DNA from: Auanema rhodensis
Lineage: Eukaryota; Animalia; Nematoda
DNA: 64,000 nucleotides
Direction: 5' to 3'
NCBI GenBank assembly: GCA_964057225.1
Contig: OZ059897.1
Coordinates: forward strand, 11,036,001-11,100,000
Made by a program: the position numbers and the translations under genes. A model generated the notes under the pieces. The model made no database searches, was not told the origin of the DNA, and worked only from the letters and a program-made list of their open reading frames with translations. Shown piece after piece: positions 61,132-64,000 of the stretch. Every line of letters starts with the position of its first letter. Positions within the stretch are counted from its first letter, which is position 1.

Positions 61132-61499
61132 TGTCGCGATAAGCGAGTAATTTTTGTTTTTGTTATCTCTATCTCTCTCTCTCTCTATACCTCTCTTTAT
61201 CTCTCTCTATCTCTCTCTCTCTCTTTCTCTATCTCTATCTCTATCTCTATCTCTCTTTATCTCCTTCCTTTGTAACTAGATCAAAACACATATGCACAAC
61301 ATATGTGTTAACATGTGGCACAAGTAACAGTTTATTTCAGACGACCGCCCACAACGGAGGACAGTCTTACATTTTCAACGTTCGCAGTCAGTGATTTTAT
61401 TCCGTGCTTGTCTTGTTAATTCATCAATAAACCTTTTTCTACATATTCGCTTTGTGTTTTACTTCCAACCATACTATACACTTGTGGTATAACGCCACA
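61132..61499 (+). repeat. 3' LTR of BEL copy 2 (368 bp)
   Basis: TGTCGCGA...CGCCACA preceded by TTGCCGGAAG; contains a CT/CTAT microsatellite. Confidence 0.93.
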
Positions 61500-62690
61500 C
61501 AGAAATTGCAAAATCTTAGTTCAGTTCAGTAACAATGAACACACTAACTTTGTTTAGTTGTTGTAATGTCGGCCCAAGTAGTATAGTGGTTAGTACTCCA
61601 CGTTGTGGCCGTGGCGACACAGGATCGATTCCTGTCTTGGGCATTTTCTGTTTTGAATTTTAAATGCTATAAAATTATTGCTTGTTTGTTATGTTAGAAT
61701 TATTTAATTTAAATACTTATTTAAGTTCTAACAATTTTTGATTTAATCACGTTCAATTAACTGTATTGTTTTCAAAAATAAAGACATCTTTCAATATCTG
61801 TTCATTGAATTAGAATTTTCATGTTGTCACACAGAAATTGAAGAATCTTAGTTCATTTCAGTAACAATGAACACACTAACTTTGTTTAGTTGTTGTAATG
61901 TCGGCCCAAGTAGTATAGTGGTTAGTACTCCACGTTGTGGCCGTGGCGACACAGAATCGATTCCTGTCTTGGGCATTTTCTGTTTTGAATTTTAAATGCT
62001 ATAAAATTATTGCTTGTTTGTTATGTTAGAATTGTTTAATTTAAATACTTATTTAAGTTCTAACAATTTTTGATTTAATCACGTTCAATTAACTGTATTG
62101 TTTTCAAAAATAAAGACATCTTTCAATTTCTGTTCATTGAATTAGAATTTTCATGTTGTCACACAGAAATTGAAGAATCTTAGTTCATTTCAGCAACAAT
62201 GAACACACTAACTTTGTTTAGTTGTTGTAATGTCGGCCCAAGTAGTATAGTGGTTAGTACTCCACGTTGTGGCCATGGCGACACAGGATCGATTCCTGTC
62301 TTGGGCATTTTCTGTTTTGAATTTTAAATGCTATAAAATTATTGCTTGTTTGTTATGTTAGAATTGTTTAATTTAAATACTTATTTAAGTTCTAACAATT
62401 TTCGATTTAATCACGTTCAATTAACTGTATTGTTTTCAAAAATAAAGACATCTTTCAATTTCTGTTCATTGAATTAGAATTTTCATGTTGTCACACAGAA
62501 ATTGAAGAATCTTAGTTCATTTCAGTAACAATGAACACACTAACTTTTTTAAGTTGTTGTAATATCGGCCCAAGTAGTATAGTGGTTAGTACTCCACGTT
62601 GTGGCCGTGGCGACACAGGATCGATTCCTGTCTTGGGCATTTTCTGTTTTGAATTTTAAATGCTATAAAATTATTGCTTGTTTGTTATGT
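61500..62690 (+). repeat. tRNA-His array block 4 (4 copies, all T54A B-box variants)
   Basis: Starts at 61572, 61904, 62236 and 62568; GGATCGATTCC or GAATCGATTCC. Confidence 0.95.
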
Positions 62691-64000
62691 CGTTCCATGG
62701 TGGTTCCTCAAGGTTCCGGCTGGGTAACCACATGGAATTACTTTCTTTTCTTCCAAATATAAATGATAAAGAGTATAGAGAGAAAGGTTTATTCATGATA
62801 AAGTATACAAATTACAATAATGAAAGTTACATAATGATTCCTAGTCGCAGCCCAAAGGACTCGTAAGGAAACCTTATATAGTTTTCCTTACGAGCATAAA
62901 AAGTGGTTATATCAGGTCCGCGGAACTTGGTTCCGCTTGAATTGGGCTTTCTTTAATTAAACTTAATATGAAAAAGTGTTCGTTCATTGTTGCATTGAAT
63001 TCCTGTTTCTCAAATGTAGTGTCAGCTATTTGTTTTTATAATGTTCTGTTTTATAAGCGATTGACGTTGTCAATCGCTCTACTTATAGGACACGTATGGA
63101 ACATGCCTAATATCGAAAAAAAAAGTTGCTGACCTCAGATACATCGAGAAAGTGAAATTCCATGCAAATGTGAAAGTTGTAGGAAATGTTTTAAAAAAAT
63201 ATATAAAAGAATATTGATAATATAGAATAATTTAATGAAGAAAAATAAAGGGAAACGATGTAATTACAAAATAATATATCATATATCATACTGGGAATCT
63301 TTCAAAAGTTTTTTTTAGTCTTCTTCATAATACTGGTGTATCTCTGGTAATGGTGATGATCCTAGGTCGTGGAGAAGATCCATAGTCTTGTTGCATAAAT
63401 CCGTTTTTCTTTCCATTTCTTCCTTGGTGGTTGCTGGTGATGCCAGAAATATTTGTAGAGCATTTATAATGCTTTTTCTTGCCTCTGTGGATGGCAGTTC
63501 GCTGCAATGTTGCAGGCTCCATTCTTGATAGGCCGAATGGGTCTCGGCAATAATCCAGTTTGGTGTCTGCTGTTCTGTTGAATCGCAACTAGGTGAATAA
63601 CCTAGTTGGTCCCTTAGTTCAGCAATGGCATCTCGGATGACTCCTGCTGTGTTGGTCCATGGTCCTATGCAGTGGTCAACCTCCGATAGTCGATCCTTGT
63701 CGTATTGGTAACATAGGATTTTGAGCGTTTCAGTACTAGTTTTCGCTCTTGTTAGTCCTTGAACTAACTCTTTCAGGATCTTCTCTTTCATGGGGCGGTT
63801 GGCGATGGTATTGGCGCCTAGCTGCTTCAATTCTCTTACTAATAGTTGAATTGAAAGCCATCTCTTTTTGGCCATCATGAGGGGAATTTCGACGGCTTCA
63901 GGAAGTTGGGTGGACATTGTTATCTTTGTTACTGTTTTCTGTCCTTTTATCCTTTTTAAAACTAGGTCGGTCTGTTCCTTCCTTTTTGTCGCCTCCTTTT
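62691..64000 (-). mobile_element. 3' end of a second LTR element, probably Gypsy-related (LTR 62691-63103); continues beyond window
   Basis: Minus strand TGTTCCAT...ATGGAACG with TATATAA then AATAAA. The upstream context ...TCGATATTAGGCA|TGTTCCAT parallels ...TCGAAAAAGGGCA|CGTTCCAT of the Gypsy element. No pol sequence is visible in the window. Confidence 0.65.
63315..63917 (-). CDS. Hypothetical 200-aa helical protein in the 3' region of the LTR element
   Basis: Uninterrupted ATG-initiated ORF, more GC-rich than its flanks; no motif recognised. Confidence 0.55.
   Translation of the reverse strand: MSTQLPEAVEIPLMMAKKRWLSIQLLVRELKQLGANTIANRPMKEKILKELVQGLTRAKTSTETLKILCYQYDKDRLSEVDHCIGPWTNTAGVIRDAIAELRDQLGYSPSCDSTEQQTPNWIIAETHSAYQEWSLQHCSELPSTEARKSIINALQIFLASPATTKEEMERKTDLCNKTMDLLHDLGSSPLPEIHQYYEED

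Larger units (their letters stand above)
52680..61499 (+). mobile_element. BEL/Pao env-bearing element copy 2, 5'-truncated and decayed
   Basis: Colinear with copy 1 from the 5' UTR onward; no 5' LTR or PBS; several deletions, frameshifts and stops. Confidence 0.95.

Noticed and set aside
62927-62936. TGGTTCCGC as a plus-strand tRNA-Glu PBS
   Set aside because: Only about 8 nt match; TATA/poly(A) order, terminal repeats and ORF direction indicate a minus-strand 3' LTR.

Overview
AT-rich eukaryotic DNA, almost certainly nematode (tRNA-His close to the C. elegans gene, ~45-nt introns, TTTCAG acceptors). The backbone is a 332-bp tandem array of tRNA-His(GTG) genes: 57 full-length copies in four blocks by manual count, only 9 with a fully canonical sequence. 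The array is invaded by: (i) a full-length BEL/Pao LTR element with a phlebovirus-Gc-like envelope and a 3' zinc-knuckle ORF (8633-18361, -), plus a 5'-truncated relative (52680-61499, +); (ii) an intact mariner; (iii) a rearranged block of spliced SET-domain and Tudor-like genes; (iv) a Ty3/Gypsy element whose single reading frame runs Gag - class III (gB-like) envelope - Pol, with LTRs ending in CG; (v) MULE, BEL and CR1 relics; and (vi) the 3' end of a second CG-ended LTR element. There are two main candidate novelties. One is the gag-env-pol polyprotein. The other is apparent position-specific integration next to tRNA genes: both related BEL elements sit about 70 bp upstream and both CG-ended elements about 45-51 bp downstream. 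All calls come from manual reading; no searches were run.
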